From the IMG/VR virus record IMGVR_UViG_3300047308_000103, positions 1 to 45,140 of that record: a stretch of 45,140 bases of DNA; one strand, 5' to 3'. Below are positions 25,163 through 35,500 of the stretch, one piece after another (within the stretch, counting starts at the first letter, position 1; the number at the start of each line of letters is the position of its first letter). Origin of the DNA: a virus. Taxonomy: Duplodnaviria > Caudoviricetes. The notes below the pieces were generated by a model, which saw only the letters and a program-made list of their open reading frames with translations, did no database searches and was not told the origin of the DNA. Position numbers and translations under genes: made by a program.

Positions 25163-26577
25163 CCGCTTTCGCTGACCTCGGGGACACCCCCAACACCATT
25201 GCCCGTACTGGCCGTGTTCAAAACTGGATTGATGACCCCGAATCGCGCCTGCCTGTCAGCTGTACGGTCTTCGTTGTCGAGGACTCTATGGAGGGTTCGG
25301 AGGGCATTGAGGCGAGTTGGCGTTTTGTATCTCACGCATTACGCAACGGAGCCGGAGTGGCTGTCCACCTTTCTAAAATTCGAGAAGAAGGTGCTGATAA
25401 TGGTAGAGGTCTTACTGCCTCTGGTCCTGTTTCTTTCGCTCGTATTTACTCTGCTCTGAATGAAACACTTAGGCGCGGTGGGGTATACAAAAATGGTGCT
25501 GTGGTGTGTCATATTGACTACCAGCACCCTGATGCTATCAAGTTTATCCAAGCCACTCGTACAGATCTGGCATGGGTCAAACGATGCCTTAACGTGGATG
25601 CTGGATTCCTAACCAGTGCTTCACCTGAACTGATCGACGCAACCCTTGAGGGTATCAAGAAGGGTGACATCTGGCTTAATAAGATCCGCCATGATGCGGA
25701 AGGTAATCGAATCTATGGAAATGTCTGCCTTGAAGTTTATCTTCCTAGCCGTGGCACTTGTCTTCTTCAGCATGTCAATCTTGGTGCTTGTAACATAGGT
25801 GATCTGACTCCTGCTTTTGTAGAAGGAATGAGTAGTCTTGTTGCTCTTCACGCTAAAACTGGTGTTGGAGAAACAGGTGAATATCTGAGCCCTGAGGTTG
25901 ACCGTCAGGTTGGTCTTGGAGTGTTGGGTCTTGCTAACTTCCTATGCCAGCATGGTGTAACATACAAACAATTTGGAGAAGCTCTTGATGCGTACATTTC
26001 ACACCAGCCAATACACACGCCTGCGTATCTACTCGTTTCTGAGTTGGCTAAATCAATTGAGATTGCTGCTCAAATCGCACGTCAAGCAGGTATGCATCGG
26101 GCCTTTGCCATTGCTCCTACCGCTTCTTGTAGTTACAACAACGTTGATCTTCGGGGTTACACTACCACCCCTGAGTTGGCTCCTCCTATTAGCCGCCACG
26201 TTGACCGCGATTCAGGGACGTTTGGAGTACAATCGTATGCGTACCCGCCGGATTGTGAGATCGCAGCAGAAGTTGGATGGGATGATTACAAAAAGGTAGT
26301 TGATGGAATGGTGACACTCTTCCGATCTACGATGCTATTTCATGGGTATTCATTCAATTCTTGGAGCGACGTGGTTACTTATGACCGTGCGTTCCTGAGG
26401 GACTGGATGGCATCTTCCCAAACTTCCCTCTATTATGCACTTCAAGTAATGCCAGACACCCAAGCAAAGGATGATGCCCTTGCTGCTCTTGATGTTGATT
26501 ATCATGAGATGTTTGGCTTTGACGAGTCTGTTTCCGAACCCACCAACGACAACATTTGTATTCCTTGTGGTGAATAA
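25159..26577 (+). CDS. nrdA: Ribonucleotide reductase, minimal class I alpha subunit (cyanopodovirus type)
   Basis: PVSC, NVCLE active site, IAPTASCS, SLYY tyrosine pair, C-terminal CIPC. Confidence 0.88.
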   Translation: MTAFADLGDTPNTIARTGRVQNWIDDPESRLPVSCTVFVVEDSMEGSEGIEASWRFVSHALRNGAGVAVHLSKIREEGADNGRGLTASGPVSFARIYSALNETLRRGGVYKNGAVVCHIDYQHPDAIKFIQATRTDLAWVKRCLNVDAGFLTSASPELIDATLEGIKKGDIWLNKIRHDAEGNRIYGNVCLEVYLPSRGTCLLQHVNLGACNIGDLTPAFVEGMSSLVALHAKTGVGETGEYLSPEVDRQVGLGVLGLANFLCQHGVTYKQFGEALDAYISHQPIHTPAYLLVSELAKSIEIAAQIARQAGMHRAFAIAPTASCSYNNVDLRGYTTTPELAPPISRHVDRDSGTFGVQSYAYPPDCEIAAEVGWDDYKKVVDGMVTLFRSTMLFHGYSFNSWSDVVTYDRAFLRDWMASSQTSLYYALQVMPDTQAKDDALAALDVDYHEMFGFDESVSEPTNDNICIPCGE

Positions 26578-27305
26578 TGAAACATTCTAGTCCATATGAT
26601 CAAGTAATTTCCCGCAAACGAAAGTGGACCCCTGTTGCTGTTCAACGGGGGAAGCTGGTTGATGGGTCTGAGGATGCCCTATTTCGGGCCCTTGGACTCC
26701 GACACCTAGAACTACCAGTCCGTGAGTTCCTCCAACAGGGACTTGAAAAGGAACTACCCAATACCCTTGGTGTTCGGGAAGCCCTTATGTCAAATCAATT
26801 GGATGAAGAAAGGCATGATCAAGCACTTAACTATGTGGTAGCTGCTCATGGTTCAGACGAAAAGTTTGAATCAGAAGCAAAGCACATTCTTAAGGCGTGG
26901 CTAGATGCCCCTGAGCATCCACTCTTAAAAGCCGCAATCCTTGAACGTAGTGTCTTCTTCGTCATCCTTCCCTTCTTCCGATTCAATGGAGACATCGGAA
27001 TCCGTACCACAGCAGCCGACATTAGCCGAGATGAGCAAGTCCACGTTGCCGTACATTCGATGGTATCCTTTGAACTCGGACTTAAATCCACCTCAAGCCT
27101 GGACCGACTTCGCCGAGCGACTGTCGGATGGGTAGTTGATGGACTAAAATCAGATACAAATCGGTATCTCGACAAAGATTTCTGGTTGTCTCAATCAGAT
27201 TCCCTCTACGAAAAGGGTAAGGCTCCTGGCCTATCCGATACCAAACGAGCCCGTATGCCTGCCTTCTTTGAGGCAGCAAACACTGATCTTCCACAATATG
27301 GCTGA
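26577..27305 (+). CDS. nrdB: Ribonucleotide reductase beta subunit (ferritin-like)
   Basis: DEERH and DEQVH ExxH motifs; coupled to the alpha gene. Confidence 0.8.
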   Translation: MKHSSPYDQVISRKRKWTPVAVQRGKLVDGSEDALFRALGLRHLELPVREFLQQGLEKELPNTLGVREALMSNQLDEERHDQALNYVVAAHGSDEKFESEAKHILKAWLDAPEHPLLKAAILERSVFFVILPFFRFNGDIGIRTTAADISRDEQVHVAVHSMVSFELGLKSTSSLDRLRRATVGWVVDGLKSDTNRYLDKDFWLSQSDSLYEKGKAPGLSDTKRARMPAFFEAANTDLPQYG

Positions 27306-27501
27306 CGCCTACTTTGACACCGAAACCATTCCTCTAACCAGTCTTGTTGGGGGAAGAATTGATCTTGACCGACTCATCGAAGAACTCGATACTATGTACC
27401 CAGACCAATACCCAGACCATGAAATGAACGCATGGCAAACTGGACGTATGGCTGGGGCTATTGAAATTATTCGATACCTTAAATCAAAACGCAATCCTTA
27501 A
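27298..27501 (+). CDS. Hypothetical protein (T7 gp6.5-like position)
   Basis: LIEELDTMYP...GRMAGAIEIIRYL; synteny. Confidence 0.6.
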   Translation: MADAYFDTETIPLTSLVGGRIDLDRLIEELDTMYPDQYPDHEMNAWQTGRMAGAIEIIRYLKSKRNP

Positions 27502-27502
27502 C

Positions 27503-27727
27503 ATGTGTCTCGCTCCTAAAATGCCCAAGGCTCCAGAAGCCCCAGCTCCACCCCCCTCTTCTCCGTATTCTGCTACGGAAGGTGCTAAGCCCGTAACGGT
27601 GAAGCCTTCAATGACCAAACGCGCTTCCCTCCAGCAGGCAAGTAAAGGCACTGCTGCCCTTACCATTCCTCTGAGCACTGGTGGTATGGCTCCTACTGCT
27701 CCTAATCTTACGATTGGTAATAAGTAA
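27503..27727 (+). CDS. Small virion protein (T7 gp6.7/7.3-like)
   Basis: MC start, proline-rich, directly before the portal. Confidence 0.65.
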   Translation: MCLAPKMPKAPEAPAPPPSSPYSATEGAKPVTVKPSMTKRASLQQASKGTAALTIPLSTGGMAPTAPNLTIGNK

Positions 27728-29367
27728 TGGAGAATCAATCTGCCGCAAGTCGTTACGCAAGATTGGCAAGCGACAGAACGATCTTTCTCGACACCGCTAG
27801 GGACTGTGCTGCTCTATCTCTTCCTTACCTTCTTACTCCTACGGGGGTAGTGAATGGACAGAAGCTGCCAACCCCTTGGCAATCCATGGGCGCTAAAGGT
27901 GTTAACGTCATGGCATCTAAGCTGATGTTAAGTTTGTTCCCTGTGAACGCAACTTTCTTCAAACTTCAGATTAATGATGGCAAGCTTAGCCTAGACCCTA
28001 AGCTTAGTGCTTCTGTTCGATCAGAGATTGACGTATCTCTTTCCAAAATGGAACGGGTAGTCATGCAAAACATTGCTGAGTCACAGGATCGAGTTATCCT
28101 TCACCAAGCGATGAAGCATGTGATCGTGACGGGCAATGTCCTGGTTTACATGGGTTCGAATGGTGTTAAACTCTACCCACTTGACCGTTTTGTAGTCGTC
28201 CGTGATGGAGAGGGTAACCCCACCGAGATCGTTACTGTTGAATCTATTGATCGTCAATTCCTTCCTGCTGAATTCCAAACGGAACAAGCACGAAATGTAA
28301 ATGACGTTGCTGACAATACCAGTGCTCCAAGTACTGATGTTACTGTTGGTGAAGGTGAAGCTGCTGTTTATACTTGGGCAAAGCTCAAGGATGGACAATG
28401 GCGTTGGCGTCAAGAAGTAGATGGGAAGATTGTTCCTGATTCCTTTGGCAAGGCGCCCAAGACTACTACTCCTTGGCTTCCCCTCCGCTTTAATGTGGTT
28501 GATGGGGAAGACTATGGACGGGGTAGGATTGAAGAGTTCCTTGGTGATCTGAAGTCCCTTGAGGGGCTGATGCAAGCCATGGTAGAGGGTTCTGCTGCCG
28601 CTGCTAAGGTAGTGTTCCTTGTCAGTCCTGCGGCTACTGTGAAGCCTTCCACGCTAGCTAAGGCTGGTAACGGAGCTATCATCCAAGGTAGGGCTGAAGA
28701 TGTCACTGCTGTTCAAGTAAGCAAGCAAGCAGACTTTTCTTCTGCTTACCAGATGATCCAGTCGTTAACTCAACGGCTATCTGAGGCGTTCCTCGTTATG
28801 AGTGTCCGTCAGAGCGAACGCACAACAGCCGAAGAGATTCGTGCTACCCAGCAGGAACTCAATGAACAACTTGGTGGCATCTATGGTAACCTAACTACTG
28901 AGTTAGTTCGTCCCTATTTGGCACGTAAGATCTTCACTCTTCAACGTTCAAAGGAACTACCTCAACTACCAAAGGGAATTATATTCCCAACCATCATTGC
29001 TGGCCTTGAAGGCATTGGTCGTGGACAGGACCGTGAGTCTCTCATGATGTTCCTTCAAACAATCTCTCAAGCCCTTGGTCCCGAAGCAATGGCCCAATAT
29101 ATCGACCCTGAAGAAGCAGTTAAGCGTCTTGCTGCTGCTCAAGGTATCGATACTCTGAAGCTAGTTAAGACTGCCGATCAGCGTCAGCAAGAGAAGCAGC
29201 AAGCTCAGCAGATGAACATGACTACTTCCCTCGTGGGGCAAGCAGGGCAACTTGCTAAGGCACCCATGATGGACCCTGATAAAAACCCTGGCTCACTTGA
29301 AGCACTCCAAAATGTCGTCGATTCAACCGCGCAAGCAACCCAACAACCCCAAGCCCCTCAACAATGA
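27727..29367 (+). CDS. Portal / head-tail connector (T7 gp8-like)
   Basis: PWQSMGAKGVNVMASKLMLSLFP, GEDYGRG, ERTTAEEIR. Confidence 0.95.
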   Translation: MENQSAASRYARLASDRTIFLDTARDCAALSLPYLLTPTGVVNGQKLPTPWQSMGAKGVNVMASKLMLSLFPVNATFFKLQINDGKLSLDPKLSASVRSEIDVSLSKMERVVMQNIAESQDRVILHQAMKHVIVTGNVLVYMGSNGVKLYPLDRFVVVRDGEGNPTEIVTVESIDRQFLPAEFQTEQARNVNDVADNTSAPSTDVTVGEGEAAVYTWAKLKDGQWRWRQEVDGKIVPDSFGKAPKTTTPWLPLRFNVVDGEDYGRGRIEEFLGDLKSLEGLMQAMVEGSAAAAKVVFLVSPAATVKPSTLAKAGNGAIIQGRAEDVTAVQVSKQADFSSAYQMIQSLTQRLSEAFLVMSVRQSERTTAEEIRATQQELNEQLGGIYGNLTTELVRPYLARKIFTLQRSKELPQLPKGIIFPTIIAGLEGIGRGQDRESLMMFLQTISQALGPEAMAQYIDPEEAVKRLAAAQGIDTLKLVKTADQRQQEKQQAQQMNMTTSLVGQAGQLAKAPMMDPDKNPGSLEALQNVVDSTAQATQQPQAPQQ

Positions 29368-29479
29368 GGAAGAGGTGATTGAAGAACCTACCGTAATCGT
29401 TCCCAAGGAACAGTTCAGGTATGGTGATGTCAAAGTTACCTCTCCAGGTGTTGGTAAAGTTTCTATTGTTATCCACTAA
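29312..29479 (+). CDS. Small hypothetical protein between portal and scaffold
   Basis: ATG 29312; ends PGVGKVSIVIH; fills the gap. Confidence 0.5.
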   Translation: MSSIQPRKQPNNPKPLNNEEEVIEEPTVIVPKEQFRYGDVKVTSPGVGKVSIVIH

Positions 29480-29484
29480 ACCAA

Positions 29485-30333
29485 ATGTCTGAAATTGTTT
29501 TTGATGCAACTGATCCAGATGTTACGGCTGCTCGGGAAACCGAAGAGCTACGCCTTCTGGAAGTAGGAAGCAATTTAGCTGATAAGCAAGAGGCTGATGC
29601 TCTTGAACAGTATCGTCGTAGTGAACTAGAAGCCAACGATCATTCTCAATATGCTGGTAAATTCAAATCAGCAGAGGATCTTGAAAAGGCTTACCTAGAA
29701 CTTCAAAAGAAACTTGGTAGTAAGGAAGAAGGAACAGAGGATGACTCTGCCCCCGACGACTCTGCCCTTGACTCTGCCCCAGAAGAGGAGAAATCGTCCC
29801 CCGTCTCAAAGCGGGTAGACTTCCTCAAGGAAGCATCAGAAGAGTATTACTCCAATGATAATGAACTTAAGCCGGAGACAATCCAAAAGCTTAAGGAGAT
29901 GCCTTCGGAGGAACTCATTGAAGCATACCTTGAACTTCAAAAGAACAACCCCGTAGCTAAAGCACAACCCCTTTCGGATGAAGCTGCTATGGAAATTGTG
30001 TCTTCTGTTGGTGGACAGGATGCGTATAATGATACCCTTGCCTGGGCTGCTGATAACCTCAAGCCTACCGAAGTTGCTGCTTATGACAATGTTGTTAACA
30101 GTGGTAACAAGGATGCAATCTTCTTTGCTGTTCAAGCTTTGAATCAACGGTATAAAGATTCCGTTGGCTTTGAAGGTCAACAGATCTCTGGCAAAGCACC
30201 CAAGACAAGCATCAAAGGTTTCCGTTCTAATGCGGAGTTGGCCAACGCTATCAGCGATCCACGGTATCGTAATGACCCTGCTTATCGGTATGACATCGAA
30301 CAAAAACTCGCCGCTTCTGGCGACCTCATGTAG
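29485..30333 (+). CDS. Capsid scaffolding protein (T7 gp9-like)
   Basis: Acidic; YAGKFKSAEDLEKAYLELQKKLG, VGGQDAY, DPRYRNDPAYR. Confidence 0.92.
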   Translation: MSEIVFDATDPDVTAARETEELRLLEVGSNLADKQEADALEQYRRSELEANDHSQYAGKFKSAEDLEKAYLELQKKLGSKEEGTEDDSAPDDSALDSAPEEEKSSPVSKRVDFLKEASEEYYSNDNELKPETIQKLKEMPSEELIEAYLELQKNNPVAKAQPLSDEAAMEIVSSVGGQDAYNDTLAWAADNLKPTEVAAYDNVVNSGNKDAIFFAVQALNQRYKDSVGFEGQQISGKAPKTSIKGFRSNAELANAISDPRYRNDPAYRYDIEQKLAASGDLM

Positions 30334-30341
30334 GAAAACTA

Positions 30342-30641
30342 ATGTGCATTCCCCCTCAAGATGTTCCTATTGCTAAAGGAAACATTGATCTAAATAACAG
30401 ACCCGTTGTTCGCAATCCTGATGGATCAATCAGCACTGTACTGACAACTGGATTCACTGATGCAGGCGGGGCTGTGATTAATGTCCCTAGAGTTATTAAC
30501 GGTAAGATTGTTTCACAACAAGAAGCCGAAGCTAACTACTACAATACTGGTCAACATCTGGGAATCTACAGATCTATTCGTGCTGCCAATAGAGCAGCCG
30601 AACAACTACATAAAGATCAAGAAAAACAATACGTTAAGTAA
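30342..30641 (+). CDS. Accessory protein between scaffold and capsid (GNIDLNNRP...NPDGSISTV...TGQHLG domain)
   Basis: 99-aa ORF with AGGA SD. Confidence 0.7.
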   Translation: MCIPPQDVPIAKGNIDLNNRPVVRNPDGSISTVLTTGFTDAGGAVINVPRVINGKIVSQQEAEANYYNTGQHLGIYRSIRAANRAAEQLHKDQEKQYVK

Positions 30642-30652
30642 TTGTTGGAATT

Positions 30653-30754
30653 GGGGGCACCTCAGAGTCGGACCCCCTTTTCTATTGAGGAAGGATACCT
30701 CTTTAAAAAACCAACCGGTTGGAGTATTGGCCCGCTGCGGTGGACACCCAATAC
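30653..30754 (+). promoter_or_regulatory. Structured leader of the major capsid gene
   Basis: GGGGG/CCCCC stem, GAGG/CCTC stem, GTATTGG/CCAATAC stem capped by CCGC-tgcg-GTGG. Confidence 0.55.
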
Positions 30755-30830
30755 AACACATTTTTATTGCTTATTCTTTTAAAATACAAGTACTTGTAAT
30801 CGTTATAAACCCTCTTATCTCTTAAACAAG

Positions 30831-31850
30831 ATGACTGCTTCAGTAACTTATCTGGGCGAATCTAACAAGACGGGCGGTCAAAGCCCCTCTTACGCCCAAC
30901 GTACTAGCCTATTCCTCAAACTGTTCACTGGCGAAGTCTACGAGGCTTTCCGTAACAGCACCATTGCTAAAGATCTGGTCATGAACCGGACCCTGCGCGG
31001 TGGCAAACAGGCCCAATTCATTCACACCGGTCGCATCAGCGCGGGCTATCGCACTCCTGGTGTGGCGATTCTTGGTTCGGGCAACCCCCCTTCCGCCGAG
31101 ACCACCATCTCGCTGGACGATCTTCTGGTCGCCTCTGCTTTCGTTGATAACCTCGACGAAATCATGAGCCAGTATGACATCCGTGGTCCTATCGCTCGTC
31201 AGATCGGTCAGAGCCTGGCTGAATTCTATGATCGCCGTATCTTCCGCGTTCTGGATAAAGCCTCTGCTGCTTCTGCTGCTGTGACCGGCGAACCCGGTGG
31301 CTTCCAAATCAACCTTGGCGCCAACAAAGAGTATGATGCTCAGGCACTGGTTGATGGCTTCTTCGAAGCTGCTGCCCGTCTTGACGAAGTGGCTGCTCCT
31401 AAGGATGGTCGTGTGGCCGTTTTGAGCCCCCGTCAGTACTACGCCCTGATCTCTCAGGTTGATACCAACATTCTCTATCGTGAGTATGGCAATACCCAGG
31501 GTTCGATGAACACTGGCGAAGGTCTGTTCGAGATTGCTGGTATTAAGATCAAGAAGTCCAACAACATTCCTTTCCTTGGGAAGTACGGTTCGGCTTCTGG
31601 TGCTTCTATCGACGCTGCTGCCGTTACTGGTGAGAACAACAGCTATGGTATTGCTTCTGACTTCACCAACAGCTGCGGTTTGATCTTCCACCGTGACGCT
31701 GCTGGCGTTGTGGAAGCTATTGGCCCCTCTGTGCAAACCACGGGGGCCGATACAAAGGTTATTTATCAGGGCGATGTTATCGTGGGCCGTCTGGCTTACG
31801 GTGCTGGCGCTGTGCGCGTCGGCGTTGCCGGTGCTTTCCGTAACACCTAA
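30831..31850 (+). CDS. Major capsid protein (T7 gp10-like)
   Basis: LFLKLFTGEV, RTLRGGKQAQF, ISLDDLL, KKSNNIP; strongly biased codons. Confidence 0.96.
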   Translation: MTASVTYLGESNKTGGQSPSYAQRTSLFLKLFTGEVYEAFRNSTIAKDLVMNRTLRGGKQAQFIHTGRISAGYRTPGVAILGSGNPPSAETTISLDDLLVASAFVDNLDEIMSQYDIRGPIARQIGQSLAEFYDRRIFRVLDKASAASAAVTGEPGGFQINLGANKEYDAQALVDGFFEAAARLDEVAAPKDGRVAVLSPRQYYALISQVDTNILYREYGNTQGSMNTGEGLFEIAGIKIKKSNNIPFLGKYGSASGASIDAAAVTGENNSYGIASDFTNSCGLIFHRDAAGVVEAIGPSVQTTGADTKVIYQGDVIVGRLAYGAGAVRVGVAGAFRNT

Positions 31851-31876
31851 TTTGATTTAAATTAGACTTTAATAAA

Positions 31877-31910
31877 GGGTTGGCCTATTAAAGGTTGACC
31901 CCTTTTCTTT
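31877..31910 (+). terminator. Terminator after capsid gene (T-phi position)
   Basis: GGGTTGGCC-tattaaa-GGTTGACCC followed by CTTTTCTTT. Confidence 0.75.
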
Positions 31911-31930
31911 TAATTAATCCTGTCCGAACA

Positions 31931-32530
31931 ATGACAACCCAACTCCAGGCTATCAACCAAATGCTAACGGGTATCGGGCAGGCACCAGTGGTGTCGCTCG
32001 ACATCGCTAACCCAGAGATTGCCACGGCACTTTCGATTCTTGATTCTGTTAATAGAGAAGTTCAAGGGGAAGGATGGAATTTCAATACTGAAATTAACTA
32101 CCCATTCACTCCTGATATTGATGGAACCATTACTATTCCTGGTAATGTCCTTCAAATCTCTGACAATAAGAACTCGAACGTACAACAATACCAGACCGTA
32201 TTAAGAAACGGCAAACTCTACGACAAGATTGCTCATACCTATACCTTCCCTACAACCAGCCCTATCCTGTGTGATGTGGTATGGTTGTTTAATTTTGAGG
32301 ATCTTGCTCAAGTCTTTCAAGACTACATTGCCCAACGTGCTGCCCGTGTCTTTGCTGGTAGCGTAGTTGGATCCAAGGAGATGTTCCAGTTCAACCAACA
32401 AGATGAAGGCATCCTGAGGGCTAACTGTATCGCTTATGATACGGACACTTCTGCTGTCAACATCTTCGGTGTGGAGACTGGTCAGAACTTCTACATCTCT
32501 TATACCCCCTTCCGCACTATTGCACGATAA
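31931..32530 (+). CDS. Tail tubular protein A (T7 gp11-like)
   Basis: LQAINQMLTGIGQAPV, VQGEGWNFNTE, GKLYD. Confidence 0.92.
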   Translation: MTTQLQAINQMLTGIGQAPVVSLDIANPEIATALSILDSVNREVQGEGWNFNTEINYPFTPDIDGTITIPGNVLQISDNKNSNVQQYQTVLRNGKLYDKIAHTYTFPTTSPILCDVVWLFNFEDLAQVFQDYIAQRAARVFAGSVVGSKEMFQFNQQDEGILRANCIAYDTDTSAVNIFGVETGQNFYISYTPFRTIAR

Positions 32531-35500
32531 TGGCAGCCATCTCTCAGAAACTTGCTAATCTGGTTGGTGGTGTATCACAACAGCCAGACACAGTTAAGTA
32601 CTCCAATCAACTTCGTACTTGCGATAACTATTATCCTGACTTTACGTTAGGACTTGCTAAACGTCCTGGTCTTCAAGCCAAAGGAAAGCTGACTAATGCT
32701 GTGGCTGATGGTACTTGGTTTCACATCTTTCGAGATGATAAAGAGAAGTACATTTTTCAATTTAGTAAGGCAGGTGCCCTCAAGGTATGGGATGCCAATA
32801 GCGGTATTCAACAAACAGTTAATACAGTTGCTGCTGAAGCAATTACTTATGCTACCCATACTTCTTTTGATGACCTAGCTACTCTTCAGATTAATGACTA
32901 TACCTTTGTTCTTAATCGAAAGGTTGTTGTAAAGGAGAATGGAAGTGCCAGTCCAATTTACAAGCCATTTGGTTTTGTAAATATCAATACTGTTGCTTTC
33001 AATACTAACTATGTCATTACAATTGACAACACTGATTTTACACACACCACACCAAATAATGCAAGTGGTAACACACAAAATAGTGTTCAAACCATTATTA
33101 CAGCTTTAGCAGCTTTAATTAATGCTAACCCTGATTTTGAAGCAATTGGCATTGGTAATAGTCTTTTTATCCGCCGTAAAAATGACGGTGATTTTGCATT
33201 AAGAGCTACAGGTGGTACCACTGGTAATGCAGTGGAAGCATTTAAAGCAGAAGTTACTTCTGTTGCTCAACTACCCCGTGAATTCTTTGCTAATCGACGG
33301 ATTAAAGTTGCTGGATCAGCTGACAGTGAGGCTGATAATTACTGGGTACAATTTGTTCCGTCCACATATAATGCTACAAGTGGTGTTGGTAGTTGGGAAG
33401 AAACCATTGCCCCTAACACAGTTCTTGGCATGGATACCACTACACTGCCTCATGTGGTTATTAGGGAAGCCAATGGTACCTTTACCTACCGTCAATTAGA
33501 TGAAGCATCTGCTAATATTAGTGCGGGAAATACAGGTGGAGCTGCAACTGTTTCACGTACAGCTGGTAGTACTACAGCTACAGTTACCACTGCTACCGCA
33601 CATAATTTAACTACGGGTAATACTATTGCTGTAACAGAAGGTGTTGCGGTAGGTAATTATAGTGTTACTGTTCTTACTTCAACTACATTTACAATTACAA
33701 CAGTAGAAACTATATCATTAGTTGCTGCTAATTTTGTATATACATTTAGTTCCACTGCTGTTACTGGTGTTCCAACTGCTGTTGGCATTACTTATGCGGC
33801 AAGTGGTGGTCACGTTGTTGGGGAAGAATTTGCTGCTACTGGTGGTACTGGTGCAAACCTAAGACTAGAGGTTACCAAAGTAAAGACTGTTAGTACTTCT
33901 AATACTTATGCTGCTAGCTCCAGTAGTTATGTACATCAGGTAACAGTAAGAACTCTTGTTTCTAATACTTCAAGATTTGGGGCTGTTTATACAACAACTA
34001 TTACCTACTATTGGTACCTTGCTGGTGCTCAAATTGGACAAGGATCTGCTGATCGATTGGTTGTTGGTGATGTTACTTATGTTCGTAATGGTGACTTCCA
34101 AAACATTGGCAATGAGCTAAGAGCAGGTATTACTTCCACCCAATCAACTGATGGTGTAATTGATGGTATTGCCATTATTCAACCAGGACAGGGTTATACA
34201 GCTACCAATGCTGTTTATAATGCTAATGGTGATGCCTTTATTATCAACACCGTTAATACCAAGAATCTTGAAGGCGATGGTGTTCGTCTTGAGTATTGGA
34301 AACCAAGAGCAGTTGGAGATTCTGAAACTAATCCAATGCCATCCTTTGTAAACAATACAATTGATGGTATTTCATTCTTTAAGAATAGGATTGTTTTTAG
34401 TTCTCGTCAAAATGTGATCTGCTCACAGGCAGGAGATTATTTTAATTTCTTTGCTAGTACAGTTATTACTATTATTGACAGTGATCCAATTGATCTAAGT
34501 GCCAGTAGTACCAGACCAATCAGGTTTAAGTATCTATTGCCAGTGCCACGAGCTGGTGTGCTTTTGTTTGGTGATAATGCTCAGTACGTGTTGGAAACAA
34601 CTACCGAAGCATTTGCTCCGAAGACTGCTGAGATTAACCGTTTGTCTTCCTTTAGTCTAACGGATTCCATCTCTCCAATTGATGTCGGACCGAGTTATAT
34701 ATTCCTTGAACAAGGAGACAAAGCTACGGCTGTCTATGAGATGAATATTGGAGACAATGTTGGTGGGAAACCAGTCGTACAAGAACTTACCAAACCCCTT
34801 CCTTATTATATTCCAGCAGCAATTAAGAACCTAAAGGTTTCCCAATCAGCTAATACTTTTGCTATTCTTAGTGCTCAAGATCCAAATGCTATCTACCTTT
34901 ATCGGTTTTTTAATGCCGGTGAAAATAGAATTTCAGCTTGGTTCCGGTGGATCCTTCCTGGAACAGTAGAGAGTTTTGATTTTGATCAAGATATTATGTA
35001 TGTTGTTATCAAACAAGGTAGCAACTACGTTCTCAATACTGTGTCCTTAATGACAGAAACACCAAGTCAATCACTTCTCTTTGAGGGTGAGTATCTTGAT
35101 GTTAGGCTTGATTACTTTGATTATAATCCTACTCTTGTCTACAAGTCAGCCACCGATACAACACGTGTCTGCTTCAAGGATGGATTTGATAACTCAGAAC
35201 AACAACCAGTATTGATGTATCTTAATCCAGCCATTGCTGGGTACTTTGAAGAGCAAACCCTTAAGTATGATGCTACTGCTCCAACAGGACAGAAGTACTA
35301 CCTAGAAGCCGAAGGTAATCAAACCACTTCTAAGTTTGCTATTGGATATAAGTATGAAGCAACTGCTGAATTGCCTGCGTTTTATTTCATGAAAAAGGAA
35401 TCTGATAAGGATACAGTAAACATTCCACGCATTAATCGACTAAAGATCAACAGCTATAACTCTGGTCCTTATCGGGCTCTTGTTGAGGCTGAAGGTCGTG

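Noticed and set aside
30909-31736. 275-aa minus-strand ORF (and others such as 6399-7121, 249-803, 44032-44613, 28081-28575)
   Set aside because: Antisense shadows of codon-biased + strand genes; no motifs; the genome is unidirectional
31820-31876. T7 10A/10B-type capsid frameshift extension
   Set aside because: No clear slippery heptamer; alternative frames meet stops and a terminator almost immediately
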